DNA from: a bacterium
GTDB lineage: Bacteria; Patescibacteriota; Patescibacteriia; JAGPKW01
NCBI GenBank assembly: GCA_021780535.1
Contig: JAJXYN010000011.1
Location: 15,295-79,294 of the forward strand
Direction: 5' to 3'
Length of the DNA: 64,000 nt
This document shows positions 10,032 to 19,965 of this stretch, piece by piece. The notes under the pieces are model-generated. The model saw only the letters and a list, made by a program, of their open reading frames with translations. It was not told where the DNA came from and did no database searches. Numbering within the stretch: the first letter of the stretch is position 1; each line of letters opens with the position of its first letter. A program made the translations under genes and the position numbers.

Positions 10032-11444
10032 ATGAATTTAAAAGATTTAAATATAAAAAAAATACATAACTCATTTCTAAATAAGGAATATTCTTGTACT
10101 GATTTGATTAATAATTATTTTGAAAAAATTAACGAAATTAATTCTGATTATAATATCTACACTAGTTTAAATAAAGAAAATGCTTTAAATCAGGCTAAAA
10201 TTATTGATGAAAAGATTGCAAAAGGTGAAGTTTTAAGAAAACTTGATGGTATTCCTTTTTCTGTCAAAGACTCTATTTGTACATTGGAATGTAAATCTCA
10301 AGCAGGTTCTAATATTTTAAAAGGTTTTGAAGCTACTTATAATGCTACTGCTGTTGAAAAATTAATTAATGAAGGAGCTATTCTAATTGGAAAGACTAAT
10401 TGTGATTCTTTTGGTCATGGTTCTTCTACAAAAAATAGTGATTACGGAATTACAAAAAATCCATATTCTTTAGACCATGTTGCTGGTGGATCTTCTGGTG
10501 GTGCTGCAGCTTCTGTTGCTTTAAATACTTGTACTTTTGCAATAGGAGAAGATACTGGGGGTTCAATTAGAGAACCAGCTTCTTTTTGTGGTATTTATGG
10601 TTTAAAACCATCTTATGGGAGAGTATCAAGATATGGTGCTATAGCTTATGGTTCTAGCCTTGATACTATTGGGCCGCTAGCTAATAATATGCTAGATATT
10701 GAAATAGTCCAAAAAATTATTGAGGGATTAGACGAAAAAGATGCTACTACAATAGAAGATAAAAAAATTATAGAACTAGAAAATAAAACAGTGAAGAAAA
10801 TTGGAATTATTAAAGAATTTTTAGATAATGGGCTAGATTTACGAATTAGAGATTTATTTGATAAAAAATTAGAAGAATATGAAACCAATGGTTTTGAAAT
10901 TCAAGAATTTCATTTACCATCAACAAAATATGCTGTTGCTTCTTATTATTTAATAGCTTGTTCTGAAACCTCTTCTAATTTATCTAGGTTTGATGGTGTT
11001 AAATTTGGTTTTAGAGCCCCTAATGTTACAAAATTAGAAGACATGTATCTCCAAACAAAAGAATATGGATTTTCTTTTGAAACAAAGAAAAGAATAATTC
11101 TTGGAACGTATGCATTATCAGCTGGCTATGCTGATAAATATTATAAAAAAGCTTGCTCTGCTCGTAGTCTTATTAAACAAGAATTGGAAGATATTTTAAA
11201 AGAAGTTGATTTTATATTAACTCCAACGAGTCCTGTTCTACCTTATGAAATAAATCCAATAAAGGAAATAGATCCAATGACTGAATATCTTGCTGATATT
11301 TATACCGTGATTCCTAGCCTTGCTGGAGTTTGTTCATTAAATGTGCCTATCGGGTTTGTAGAGAAATTACCGGTTGGAATGCAGATTATTGGTGGTGTAT
11401 TAGATGAAAATAAAGTTATGGAATTCGCAAAAATACTTGGCTAA
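10032..11444 (+). CDS. gatA: Asp/Glu-tRNA amidotransferase subunit A (amidase)
   Basis: Amidase signature GGSSGGAAASVA and a Ser-cisSer-Lys-type core, 470 aa. Confidence 0.9.
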   Translation: MNLKDLNIKKIHNSFLNKEYSCTDLINNYFEKINEINSDYNIYTSLNKENALNQAKIIDEKIAKGEVLRKLDGIPFSVKDSICTLECKSQAGSNILKGFEATYNATAVEKLINEGAILIGKTNCDSFGHGSSTKNSDYGITKNPYSLDHVAGGSSGGAAASVALNTCTFAIGEDTGGSIREPASFCGIYGLKPSYGRVSRYGAIAYGSSLDTIGPLANNMLDIEIVQKIIEGLDEKDATTIEDKKIIELENKTVKKIGIIKEFLDNGLDLRIRDLFDKKLEEYETNGFEIQEFHLPSTKYAVASYYLIACSETSSNLSRFDGVKFGFRAPNVTKLEDMYLQTKEYGFSFETKKRIILGTYALSAGYADKYYKKACSARSLIKQELEDILKEVDFILTPTSPVLPYEINPIKEIDPMTEYLADIYTVIPSLAGVCSLNVPIGFVEKLPVGMQIIGGVLDENKVMEFAKILG

Positions 11445-11568
11445 TTGATTTTTGGTTTTATATTTATGTGATATAATAAATGCAGTAAAATGTTGATAGT
11501 TGTTTATTTAAATAATTTAATTAAACGATTGTTAACTATAATTATTTAACTTATTTAACTATTTTTAC

Positions 11569-12045
11569 ATGAATCCTCAATTTTTATATACAATTCTCTT
11601 TTTTGCTCCTTTTATTTTGTTAATAATATTAGGTTTTTTAATTGCTAAGAAACTTATTAAAATTGGATTATTTGTACTTATAATTGCTGTTGTACTTTTC
11701 TTTGGTTTTTCTATTAAAATATCTCCACTAGATTATTTCTTTAATTATCAACAAAACGTTGATGCAAAAAGTATAAATCTTGGAAAATATACAATTACTT
11801 TCGGTCAAACTCCTTCCAGTGATTTTTACCATTCTTACATAAAAATTTATGATAATGAAACAAAAAAAGAAAATACTATTGAATTAGATCCTAAATCTGG
11901 TAAATATTGGAATGTTCAAATTACAACAGAAGGGAATAATATTTGTTTTAATAGCTCCTCTACCAAATTGTTTTGTATAGATAAAAATCTTTGGAGTATT
12001 AGTTATAATAATATAAGCACAAACCTTAAAGATATAGTTAAATAA
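11569..12045 (+). CDS. hypothetical membrane protein inserted between gatA and gatB
   Basis: Two N-terminal TM helices; no recognisable domain. Confidence 0.4.
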   Translation: MNPQFLYTILFFAPFILLIILGFLIAKKLIKIGLFVLIIAVVLFFGFSIKISPLDYFFNYQQNVDAKSINLGKYTITFGQTPSSDFYHSYIKIYDNETKKENTIELDPKSGKYWNVQITTEGNNICFNSSSTKLFCIDKNLWSISYNNISTNLKDIVK

Positions 12046-12049
12046 AATT

Positions 12050-13564
12050 ATGAATAAGTATTCTACTATAATTGGTCTTGAAATTCATGTTCAACTTGAT
12101 ACTAAAACTAAATTATTTTGTTCTTGTGACAATGAGTCTTTTAATATTGGACCCAATGTAAATATTTGCCCCATTTGTTCTGGGCAACCAGGTACTCTCC
12201 CTGTTATAAACAAACAAGCTATTGATTATGCCATAAAAGCTGGTCTTGCTATGAATTGTGAAATAAATAAACATACAAAATGGGATAGAAAAAGTTATTT
12301 TTATCCTGATTTACCAAAAGGATATCAAATTTCTCAATATGACCAACCTATAGATATTGGTGGCTATATTGAGATTTTCCTTCCAGATAATATCAATACA
12401 ACTAATAATGGAAAAGAAATTTTAATTTCTAAAAAAATTAAACTTGAAAGAGCTCATCTTGAAGAAGATGCTGGTAAATCTATTCATGACAGGAGTATTG
12501 AATATACTTATTTAGATTATAATAGATGTGGAACTCCACTTCTTGAAATAGTTTCAAAACCTGATATGACTTCATCTATTGAAGCTGAGCTTTATGCTAG
12601 AGAAATAAGAAGAAGAATGAGATATACCGGAGTTTCTAAGTGTGACATGGAAAAAGGACACATGAGATTTGATATTAATGTTAATCTTAAAATTGAAGAT
12701 GAAGATGGAGAAAAATTTACTCCAATAGCGGAAGTTAAAAATCTTAATTCTTTTAGATCTCTTGTACGTGCTATTGAATTTGAAATAGTTAGACAAAAAG
12801 AAGAATTTGAAAAAACAGGAATTACTAAAAATGATAGTAATAAAACCACTAGACTTTGGAATGACAACAAAGGAATAACATCTCAAATGAGAACTAAAGA
12901 AGAGGCAGCTGACTATAGATATTTTCCAGATCCCGACATTACGCCAGTTATTATAAGTGATGATTGGATAGAAAATATTAGAAAAACATTGCCAGAAATG
13001 CCTTCCGCTAGATTTAATAAATATCTTAATCTTGGATTATCAAAAACTATTTCATATAGTGTTGTTGATAATATTACTTTGGCTAACTATTTAGATGACT
13101 GTCTAAATTTAATAGATCAAATGTCTAGTACTAAAATTATAGAAATTAAACAAGAATTTTTAAATTGGTTTGGTAGAGATTTACTATCTCAAATTAATCA
13201 ATCTAACGAAGAAGATGAAAATATTAATACAATTATAAAAATAACTAAAGAGGATTTTATTGGATTAATAGAGTTGGTTGTAAATAAAAAAATAACTAGA
13301 AATTTAGCAAAAGAATTTTTAATAGACATATGGGATAATAGTAAAACTTTAGAAGAATTAAAAATCACTATCCCTAATGAATCTATAAATATTGAAGAAG
13401 TAATAAATAAAATTATTTCTATTAATACCAACATGCTAGAACAATATAAGGCTGGTAATGAAAAAGTATTTAACGTATTCGTTGGGCTTACCATGAAAGA
13501 AACTAAAGGACTTATTGATCCTAAAGAAATCCAAGAGAAATTAAAAGAGATTTTAAATAAATAG
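12050..13564 (+). CDS. gatB: Asp/Glu-tRNA amidotransferase subunit B
   Basis: N-terminus MNKYSTIIGLEIHVQL...LFCSC and a GatB/YqeY C-terminal domain. Confidence 0.9.
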   Translation: MNKYSTIIGLEIHVQLDTKTKLFCSCDNESFNIGPNVNICPICSGQPGTLPVINKQAIDYAIKAGLAMNCEINKHTKWDRKSYFYPDLPKGYQISQYDQPIDIGGYIEIFLPDNINTTNNGKEILISKKIKLERAHLEEDAGKSIHDRSIEYTYLDYNRCGTPLLEIVSKPDMTSSIEAELYAREIRRRMRYTGVSKCDMEKGHMRFDINVNLKIEDEDGEKFTPIAEVKNLNSFRSLVRAIEFEIVRQKEEFEKTGITKNDSNKTTRLWNDNKGITSQMRTKEEAADYRYFPDPDITPVIISDDWIENIRKTLPEMPSARFNKYLNLGLSKTISYSVVDNITLANYLDDCLNLIDQMSSTKIIEIKQEFLNWFGRDLLSQINQSNEEDENINTIIKITKEDFIGLIELVVNKKITRNLAKEFLIDIWDNSKTLEELKITIPNESINIEEVINKIISINTNMLEQYKAGNEKVFNVFVGLTMKETKGLIDPKEIQEKLKEILNK

Positions 13565-13622
13565 ATTGTTACTATTACATAATTTTATCGTTGTAATAAA
13601 TATAATTATCTAAAATAATAAA

Positions 13623-14267
13623 ATGAAAAAAATATTTTTATTAATATTGCCCATATTCTTTATTTTTTCTTCTAATGTAGGTGCATTGGAAAAAAGAGCC
13701 TGCACCACGGATTATACACCTGTTTGTGGGGTTGACGGTGTTACTTATAGTAATACTTGCACGGCAAATAAAGTAAAAGTTGCTTACACTGGTGAGTGTA
13801 AGATTAAACCATGTACAAAAAGTTATGTACCAGTTTGTGGTTTGGTACAGATTGAATGTATAAAAGCTCCTTGTAATCCTATCTTTGAAACATTCACTAA
13901 TAAATGCGAACTAAATAAAATTAAATCTGCTAAATTAGCATATAAAGGTGAGTGTAAAGAAAAAATACTTGGACCAAGCAAAATAAAATATTATAAAAAT
14001 ATTACAAAATATGGAAACGATATTTTTGGAAATAAAAAAACTGATATTGAAATTCAAAATACAATCTATAATATAATAAAAAATTCGAAATCAGAGTGTG
14101 TCATTGGAGGCCAAAAAACTTTTAATAAAGTTGTAAACAAGGGTGATGATTTCCTAAGATTTGAAGGATCTACTACTAAAAAAGGATGCGGATTTGCATG
14201 TATTTATAAATTAGATACTAATACTATAGAATCTGGTTGGATGTGTACTGGACTTATTATCAAATAA
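13623..14267 (+). CDS. secreted protein with two Kazal-like inhibitor repeats
   Basis: Signal peptide, then CTTDYTPVCGVDGVTYSNTC...GEC and CTKSYVPVCG...TNKC...GEC, which match the Kazal core PVCGxDGxTYxNxC. Confidence 0.5.
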   Translation: MKKIFLLILPIFFIFSSNVGALEKRACTTDYTPVCGVDGVTYSNTCTANKVKVAYTGECKIKPCTKSYVPVCGLVQIECIKAPCNPIFETFTNKCELNKIKSAKLAYKGECKEKILGPSKIKYYKNITKYGNDIFGNKKTDIEIQNTIYNIIKNSKSECVIGGQKTFNKVVNKGDDFLRFEGSTTKKGCGFACIYKLDTNTIESGWMCTGLIIK

Positions 14268-14290
14268 ATAAGCTTATCAATAAAATAAAA

Positions 14291-14320
14291 AACTGATAAT
14301 TCATTCAGTTTTTTATTTTA
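14291..14320 (+). terminator. rho-independent terminator
   Basis: CTGATAATTCATTCAG hairpin followed by TTTTTTATTTT. Confidence 0.5.
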
Positions 14321-14396
14321 TTTTGTTGATATTTTTTTATTTTTTTGATATGATATTTCATACTTATCATATTTAAATTATTTTTATTCAAAAAAT

Positions 14397-14627
14397 ATGC
14401 ACATACAAGAAGATTGTCCAGTAAACCCGGAGTTTCGCGGGTCAGCAACATTAGGAGAAAGAGGTCAAATAGTTATTCCTTCTGAATTAAGAGCGGAACT
14501 TAATATAAATCCTGGGGATAAATTTATGTTTTTTAAGGTTTATAATAAAATTGTTTCTCTTATAAAAGCTGATGATATTGAAGAAATTCAAAATACTATG
14601 AAAAATTTATCTAAAATGACTAAATAA
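14397..14627 (+). CDS. AbrB/MazE/SpoVT-family small DNA-binding protein
   Basis: A swapped-hairpin-like segment ERGQIVIPSELRAELNINPGDK, 76 aa, directly upstream of the MATE gene. Confidence 0.5.
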   Translation: MHIQEDCPVNPEFRGSATLGERGQIVIPSELRAELNINPGDKFMFFKVYNKIVSLIKADDIEEIQNTMKNLSKMTK

Positions 14628-14631
14628 AATT

Positions 14632-16041
14632 ATGACGGAAATTAAAAATAAATCAATTACAAAATCCATATTAACAATTGCTGTGCCCATAGTTTTCGTT
14701 AATATTTTACAAGTTGCATATAGCTTGGTGGACACTTACTGGGTTGGAAAACTTGGTGCTAACGCCATTGCTTCTATATCTATTTCTTTCCCAATATTAT
14801 TTCTTATAATGGCTATCGCGAACGGTCTTACTGTTGCTGGGTCTGTTTTTGTTTCTCAATATAAAGGCAAAAATGATAAAGAAAATATAAGTAAATTTTC
14901 CGGACAAACGATGATAACTGTTACAGTATTGTCATTGATTTTATCTGTTGTAGGATTTTTTACATCTGTTCCATTATTAAAATTAATTGGTGCTGGCCCA
15001 GAAATTATTAATGACGCTGCTGGATATCTTCAAGTTTCTTGCCTTGGATTATCTTCTACTTTTATATTTTTTGTATTTCAATCAATAATGAGAGGTGTTG
15101 GAGAGGTTAAAAAAGCTACATATATCATGTTTCTTGGAGTTGTATTAAATTTTTTTATTGATCCTATTTTTATATTTGGAAATTTTGGAATTCATGCTAT
15201 GGGCGTTACTGGAAGTGCTGTTGCTACTATTATTTGTCAGATTGCTGGGTCTCTTATTGCTTTGTATTTTTTATTTTTTAATAAAAAAAATGAAATACAT
15301 ATTTCTGTTAAAAATTTAATCCCTGATTTTAAATTCATTAAACAAATATTCAAAATCGGATTACCATCATCAATGGAACAAATAATTAGATCCTCTGGAA
15401 TGATTTTAATGATGTTTTTGGTTACTGGATTTGGCACAATATTAACAGCTGCTTATGGACTTGGAACTAGAATGTTTAGTTTTGTAATCATACCAGCACT
15501 TGGTTTTATGATTGCTGTTTCCATTTTAGTTGGACAAAATATTGGCTCTGGCGACAAAAAAAGAGCGGAGGAGATTGCAAAAAAAGGCGCTATAATGGCT
15601 TTTTTAGCTTTAACTTTAATTAGTGTTATTTTCTTTGTTTTTGCAAAATTTATAATTCAGATGTTTATACAAGATGATTCAGCTGTTATAGATGTTAGTG
15701 TTAAATTTATGAGATTTTTATCTGTAACTTTTGGAATGATGGGAATATCCATGACTCTTATGGGTGCTTTTATGGGCTCTGGAAACACTGTAACTTCAAT
15801 GATTTTAACGACCTTCCAATTATTTATTAATTTTGTATTAGCATTAATATTATCTAAATTTACATCTCTTGGATATAATGGAATATTTTGGTCTTACCCA
15901 ATAGCAACATTTATAATGTTTATAATTGCTATAATTATATTTTTAAAAGGAGATTGGAAAAATAAAAAAATAACAGAAGAAATGAAAATAAAAGATACAG
16001 TAGAAGAAGAAACTCTTATTAGAGAATTTGCAGAAGAATAA
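14632..16041 (+). CDS. MATE family efflux transporter
   Basis: 12 TM helices with NorM/DinF-like repeats; 469 aa. Confidence 0.85.
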   Translation: MTEIKNKSITKSILTIAVPIVFVNILQVAYSLVDTYWVGKLGANAIASISISFPILFLIMAIANGLTVAGSVFVSQYKGKNDKENISKFSGQTMITVTVLSLILSVVGFFTSVPLLKLIGAGPEIINDAAGYLQVSCLGLSSTFIFFVFQSIMRGVGEVKKATYIMFLGVVLNFFIDPIFIFGNFGIHAMGVTGSAVATIICQIAGSLIALYFLFFNKKNEIHISVKNLIPDFKFIKQIFKIGLPSSMEQIIRSSGMILMMFLVTGFGTILTAAYGLGTRMFSFVIIPALGFMIAVSILVGQNIGSGDKKRAEEIAKKGAIMAFLALTLISVIFFVFAKFIIQMFIQDDSAVIDVSVKFMRFLSVTFGMMGISMTLMGAFMGSGNTVTSMILTTFQLFINFVLALILSKFTSLGYNGIFWSYPIATFIMFIIAIIIFLKGDWKNKKITEEMKIKDTVEEETLIREFAEE

Positions 16042-16082
16042 TAATTTAGCAAATAATGAGAATTAAAAATTAAAAATTAAAG

Positions 16083-17987
16083 ATGAAAAAAATATTTAAA
16101 ATAATAATACCAATAACGATAGTTCTCTTAATAATAAGTGGTATTGTTATTATTAGTAATAAAAATAAACAAAATATAAAAGATTATAAAATTGTTAAAG
16201 CCCAGATTGGCAACTTCTCTGATTATGTTGCAGCTGATGGTAAAGTTTCAGGAGAAAACCAAATATCAATAAAGCCAAAGATTACCGGAAATATTGATCA
16301 AATTTTAGTTAAAAATGGAGATAAAGTTAAAAAAGGCGATTTACTTGTAAAATTTGATACTACTGATATTGAAAAAACAGTTCAAAATGCTCAGATAGCC
16401 GTCGCTAACAGTAAAAACAATCTAGACAAAATCACAAAACCCGTAGATTCTTTAGCAAAAATTCAAGCAGAATTATCTTTGCAATCTGCAAAAGATAATT
16501 TAGAAAAATTAAAATTATCACAAACAATAACTTTGCAACAAGCAAAAGACGCTAGAGATAATGCAACTACCGCATTAGATAATTCTTATGATTCTGCTTT
16601 AAATAATATAGATTCATCATTTGCTGGTTTTGCAACAATAATAAATGATGCACAAAAAATTTTATATTTAACAGATACTATACAAAACCAAGACATAACA
16701 GGAAATTCAACTACAGATGCTAATTTATTAAAAGATCCATTATCTCTTTGGTCTGGAGAAATGCCAAAATATTGGAATGATTCTATAAATTCTATTACTT
16801 TTGATACTCCGGAAGATAAACAAAAAGCTCAAGATCTTGCAATAAGTGCCACATCAGCTTATAAAAGCGCGAAAAGTTTATACGATCAAAATGTTATAAC
16901 CTACAGAACATTGTCAAAATATTCAGATAAGCAAACTATTGAGAATTTTTTGCCTACTGCCATAGACACAGCTAAAAGTATATCAGAGTCCATGAGAGCA
17001 ATGAACAATCTTTACGATTATTGGATTACTTACAATAATGATAGAAAAAGAACATTATACTATAACATACCAGTTTATAATGTTACTTTAAAAACAGATA
17101 CATCTTCTTCTAGTGAGTATTTAACTAATCTTATAAGTGCTCAAACTGGTGTTTATGGTATAAATACTTTAAAAACTTCTTTGAATGATGCTCAAAATAA
17201 TTTAGATACACTTATACAAAATCAGCCACTTGATTTATCTTCTGCACAAACATCTTTACAAGCACAACAAGAAGCTTATGATAAATTAATTTCTGGTGCC
17301 GATAAACTAGATATAAAATCTTATCAAATAGCATTGCAACAAGCTAATGTATCATTAGCTACAGCTACTGACCAATTAGCTAATTATTATATAAAATCTC
17401 CGTTTGACGGTGTTGTTGGCGGTATAACTATTAGAGAATCAGACCTTGTAGCTGCAGGAACTCCTATAGTTAATATAATATCTGACAATAAAATAGTAGA
17501 AATAAATATAAACGAGAACGATACTGCTAAAATACAAGTTGGTCAAAAAGCTATAATAACTTTTGATGCTTTTGATGGTTTGCAAATTAATGGTGAGGTT
17601 GCTGAAATAGATTCCACTCCAAGTATAGACCAAACTAATGTTGTTAATTATAAAATTAAAATATCATTAAAAAATGATACTGATCAAAGTAAAAAATATT
17701 TTGATCTAATAAAAACTGGTATGAATTCTTCCGCAAAAATTATAACGAAAGAAAAAAACAATATACTACTTGTTGATAGTGGCGCTATAAATCAAAATGA
17801 TAGTGGTTATTATGTAGAAACTGTTAAAACCTATTCTAATGGAAAAGATGAAATATCACAAAAAAGCGTACAAATAGGATTGGTTGGCACTGACAACACA
17901 GAAATTATTTCTGGGATAGATAATGGCCAAAATGTTATTATTAGACAAAAGAAAAAATTAAACACAGGAATGAGTTTCGCAAATTAA
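16083..17987 (+). CDS. HlyD/MacA-type periplasmic adaptor (membrane fusion protein) with extended coiled coil
   Basis: N-terminal TM, a biotinyl/lipoyl-like hairpin (KPKITGNIDQILVKNGDKVKKGDLLVKFD), a long helical region and a C-terminal beta-barrel. Confidence 0.75.
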   Translation: MKKIFKIIIPITIVLLIISGIVIISNKNKQNIKDYKIVKAQIGNFSDYVAADGKVSGENQISIKPKITGNIDQILVKNGDKVKKGDLLVKFDTTDIEKTVQNAQIAVANSKNNLDKITKPVDSLAKIQAELSLQSAKDNLEKLKLSQTITLQQAKDARDNATTALDNSYDSALNNIDSSFAGFATIINDAQKILYLTDTIQNQDITGNSTTDANLLKDPLSLWSGEMPKYWNDSINSITFDTPEDKQKAQDLAISATSAYKSAKSLYDQNVITYRTLSKYSDKQTIENFLPTAIDTAKSISESMRAMNNLYDYWITYNNDRKRTLYYNIPVYNVTLKTDTSSSSEYLTNLISAQTGVYGINTLKTSLNDAQNNLDTLIQNQPLDLSSAQTSLQAQQEAYDKLISGADKLDIKSYQIALQQANVSLATATDQLANYYIKSPFDGVVGGITIRESDLVAAGTPIVNIISDNKIVEININENDTAKIQVGQKAIITFDAFDGLQINGEVAEIDSTPSIDQTNVVNYKIKISLKNDTDQSKKYFDLIKTGMNSSAKIITKEKNNILLVDSGAINQNDSGYYVETVKTYSNGKDEISQKSVQIGLVGTDNTEIISGIDNGQNVIIRQKKKLNTGMSFAN

Positions 17988-17992
17988 ATTAT

Positions 17993-18718
17993 ATGAATAA
18001 AAAAACTATAATTAAAATTGAAGATATCAAAAAAGATTTTGGCAAGGGCGATAATATTACGAAAGTCCTTAAGGGTATTTCTTTTGAAATAAAAGAAGGT
18101 GAATTTGTTGCTATTATTGGTAAATCTGGTTCCGGTAAATCAACTTTAATGAATATATTGGGAGCATTAGATACACCAACTTCTGGAAAATATTTTCTTG
18201 ACGGAAAAGATATTTCTAAAATGAAAGACAAACAGCTTGCCTCTATTAGACAAAAAAGAATAGGGTTTGTTTTCCAATCTTTTAACCTTTTAAATGGAGT
18301 ATCTGTTTTAAAAAATGTAATGATGCCTCTTATCTATAATAGTGAAATTCCTACACATCAAAGAAAAAATATTGCTCTTGCGGCGTTAGAAGATGTTGGC
18401 TTTGACATGGAAAGAATAAATAATAAACCAAATCAAATATCTGGTGGCCAAATGCAGAGAGTTGCTATTGCTAGATCGTTAATAAATAATCCTTCCATGA
18501 TTTTGGCTGATGAGCCAACTGGTAATTTAGATAGTAAAACGGAAGAAATAGTTTTAAATACTTTTGATGAATTAAATAAAAAACAAGGTGTTACTATTAT
18601 AATTATTACTCACGATGATTCTGTTGCTGAGCATGCTAATAGAATTATAAAAATACAAGATGGTGAAGTTATTGAAGATGCTCCTAGAGGAAAAAGTAAA
18701 ATAGAATTAAGAAAATAA
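17993..18718 (+). CDS. ABC transporter ATP-binding protein, MacB/LolD/FtsE type
   Basis: Walker A GKSGSGKST, ABC signature SGGQMQR, Walker B ILADEPT. Confidence 0.9.
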   Translation: MNKKTIIKIEDIKKDFGKGDNITKVLKGISFEIKEGEFVAIIGKSGSGKSTLMNILGALDTPTSGKYFLDGKDISKMKDKQLASIRQKRIGFVFQSFNLLNGVSVLKNVMMPLIYNSEIPTHQRKNIALAALEDVGFDMERINNKPNQISGGQMQRVAIARSLINNPSMILADEPTGNLDSKTEEIVLNTFDELNKKQGVTIIIITHDDSVAEHANRIIKIQDGEVIEDAPRGKSKIELRK

Positions 18719-18733
18719 ATCAAACTATAATTT

Positions 18734-19939
18734 ATGAGATTTTTAGATTTATTACAAGAAACTTATAGTTCTGTTACTGCTAAAAAGGGTCGTACTATCC
18801 TAACTATTTTAGGTATTGTCATTGGGATTACTTCTGTTACTGCTATTCTTACTATAGGCGAAGCTGCCCAAAAATCTATAAAAGGCGATGTTGAATCATT
18901 TGGTAACAATGTTTTATTTATAGATTTAGACCCAACTAAAATATCTGATTCTGGAAAAAATATAAACGGATTTACAAATGAAAATATATCAGCAATAAAA
19001 AAAATTTCTGGTGTTGATACAGACAATGTTTATAAATTAGATTCTGCTAATTATGATATTAAATACAAGAGAGATGACGCTATTTTTAATACCGTTGGCC
19101 TTGAATCTAATTTACAATATCAGGTGAAACTTGAAATTGACCAAGGGAAATTTTTTACAACCGAACAAGAAAGAAATGCACAAAAAGTTGCTATAATAGG
19201 GCCAGATGTTAAAGATGAATTTTTTAAAAATGAAACAGCTATAGGGAAAATTATAAAAATTAACGATACAAATTTTGAAGTTATTGGAGTTACAAAGAAA
19301 AAACAATTATCTATTCAAAATTTTAATAATATGATTTTTATGCCAATAACAACCATGGGTAATTATTTAACTGGCAGAAACGAAGCTTTGGAATTATGGG
19401 TGTATTTTAAGGATGGTTATGATGTTACTGATTTAAAAGATAATATTAAGCAAGCTTTATTTAAGAGCAGCGGATTAAAATATGACGGGATAGATTATTT
19501 TAAAATAACAAGCCAGGATGATGCTGTACAATTAACTAGTAATATTACTTCTATTTTTACATCACTACTTGCCGCAATTGCCGCAATATCACTTTTAGTC
19601 TCTGGTATTGGTATTATGAATATGATGCTTAGAATTGTTGCTGAAAGAACAAAAGAAATAGGTCTAAGAAAAGCTGTTGGTGCTACTACTTTTGAAATAA
19701 GTGTACAATTTTTAATGGAATCTATTGCATTAACATTACTTGGTGGAATTTTTGGAGTTGGACTTGGTGTTCTATTGTCTAATTTAGTTATACCATTAAT
19801 GAATTTAAAAGGTCTTATATCTATTAATGCAATAATGATAGCCTTCTTTGTTTCTAGCGCTATTGGAATAATATTTGGATTTTATCCAGCTAGGCGTGCT
19901 GCAAAAATGAATCCTATTGATGCATTAAGAATTGAATAA
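18734..19939 (+). CDS. ABC transporter permease, FtsX/MacB type
   Basis: One N-terminal TM, a large extracytoplasmic domain, and a C-terminal FtsX 3-TM domain. Confidence 0.8.
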   Translation: MRFLDLLQETYSSVTAKKGRTILTILGIVIGITSVTAILTIGEAAQKSIKGDVESFGNNVLFIDLDPTKISDSGKNINGFTNENISAIKKISGVDTDNVYKLDSANYDIKYKRDDAIFNTVGLESNLQYQVKLEIDQGKFFTTEQERNAQKVAIIGPDVKDEFFKNETAIGKIIKINDTNFEVIGVTKKKQLSIQNFNNMIFMPITTMGNYLTGRNEALELWVYFKDGYDVTDLKDNIKQALFKSSGLKYDGIDYFKITSQDDAVQLTSNITSIFTSLLAAIAAISLLVSGIGIMNMMLRIVAERTKEIGLRKAVGATTFEISVQFLMESIALTLLGGIFGVGLGVLLSNLVIPLMNLKGLISINAIMIAFFVSSAIGIIFGFYPARRAAKMNPIDALRIE

Positions 19940-19965
19940 AAGAATTTAAATTTTGACTATTTACT

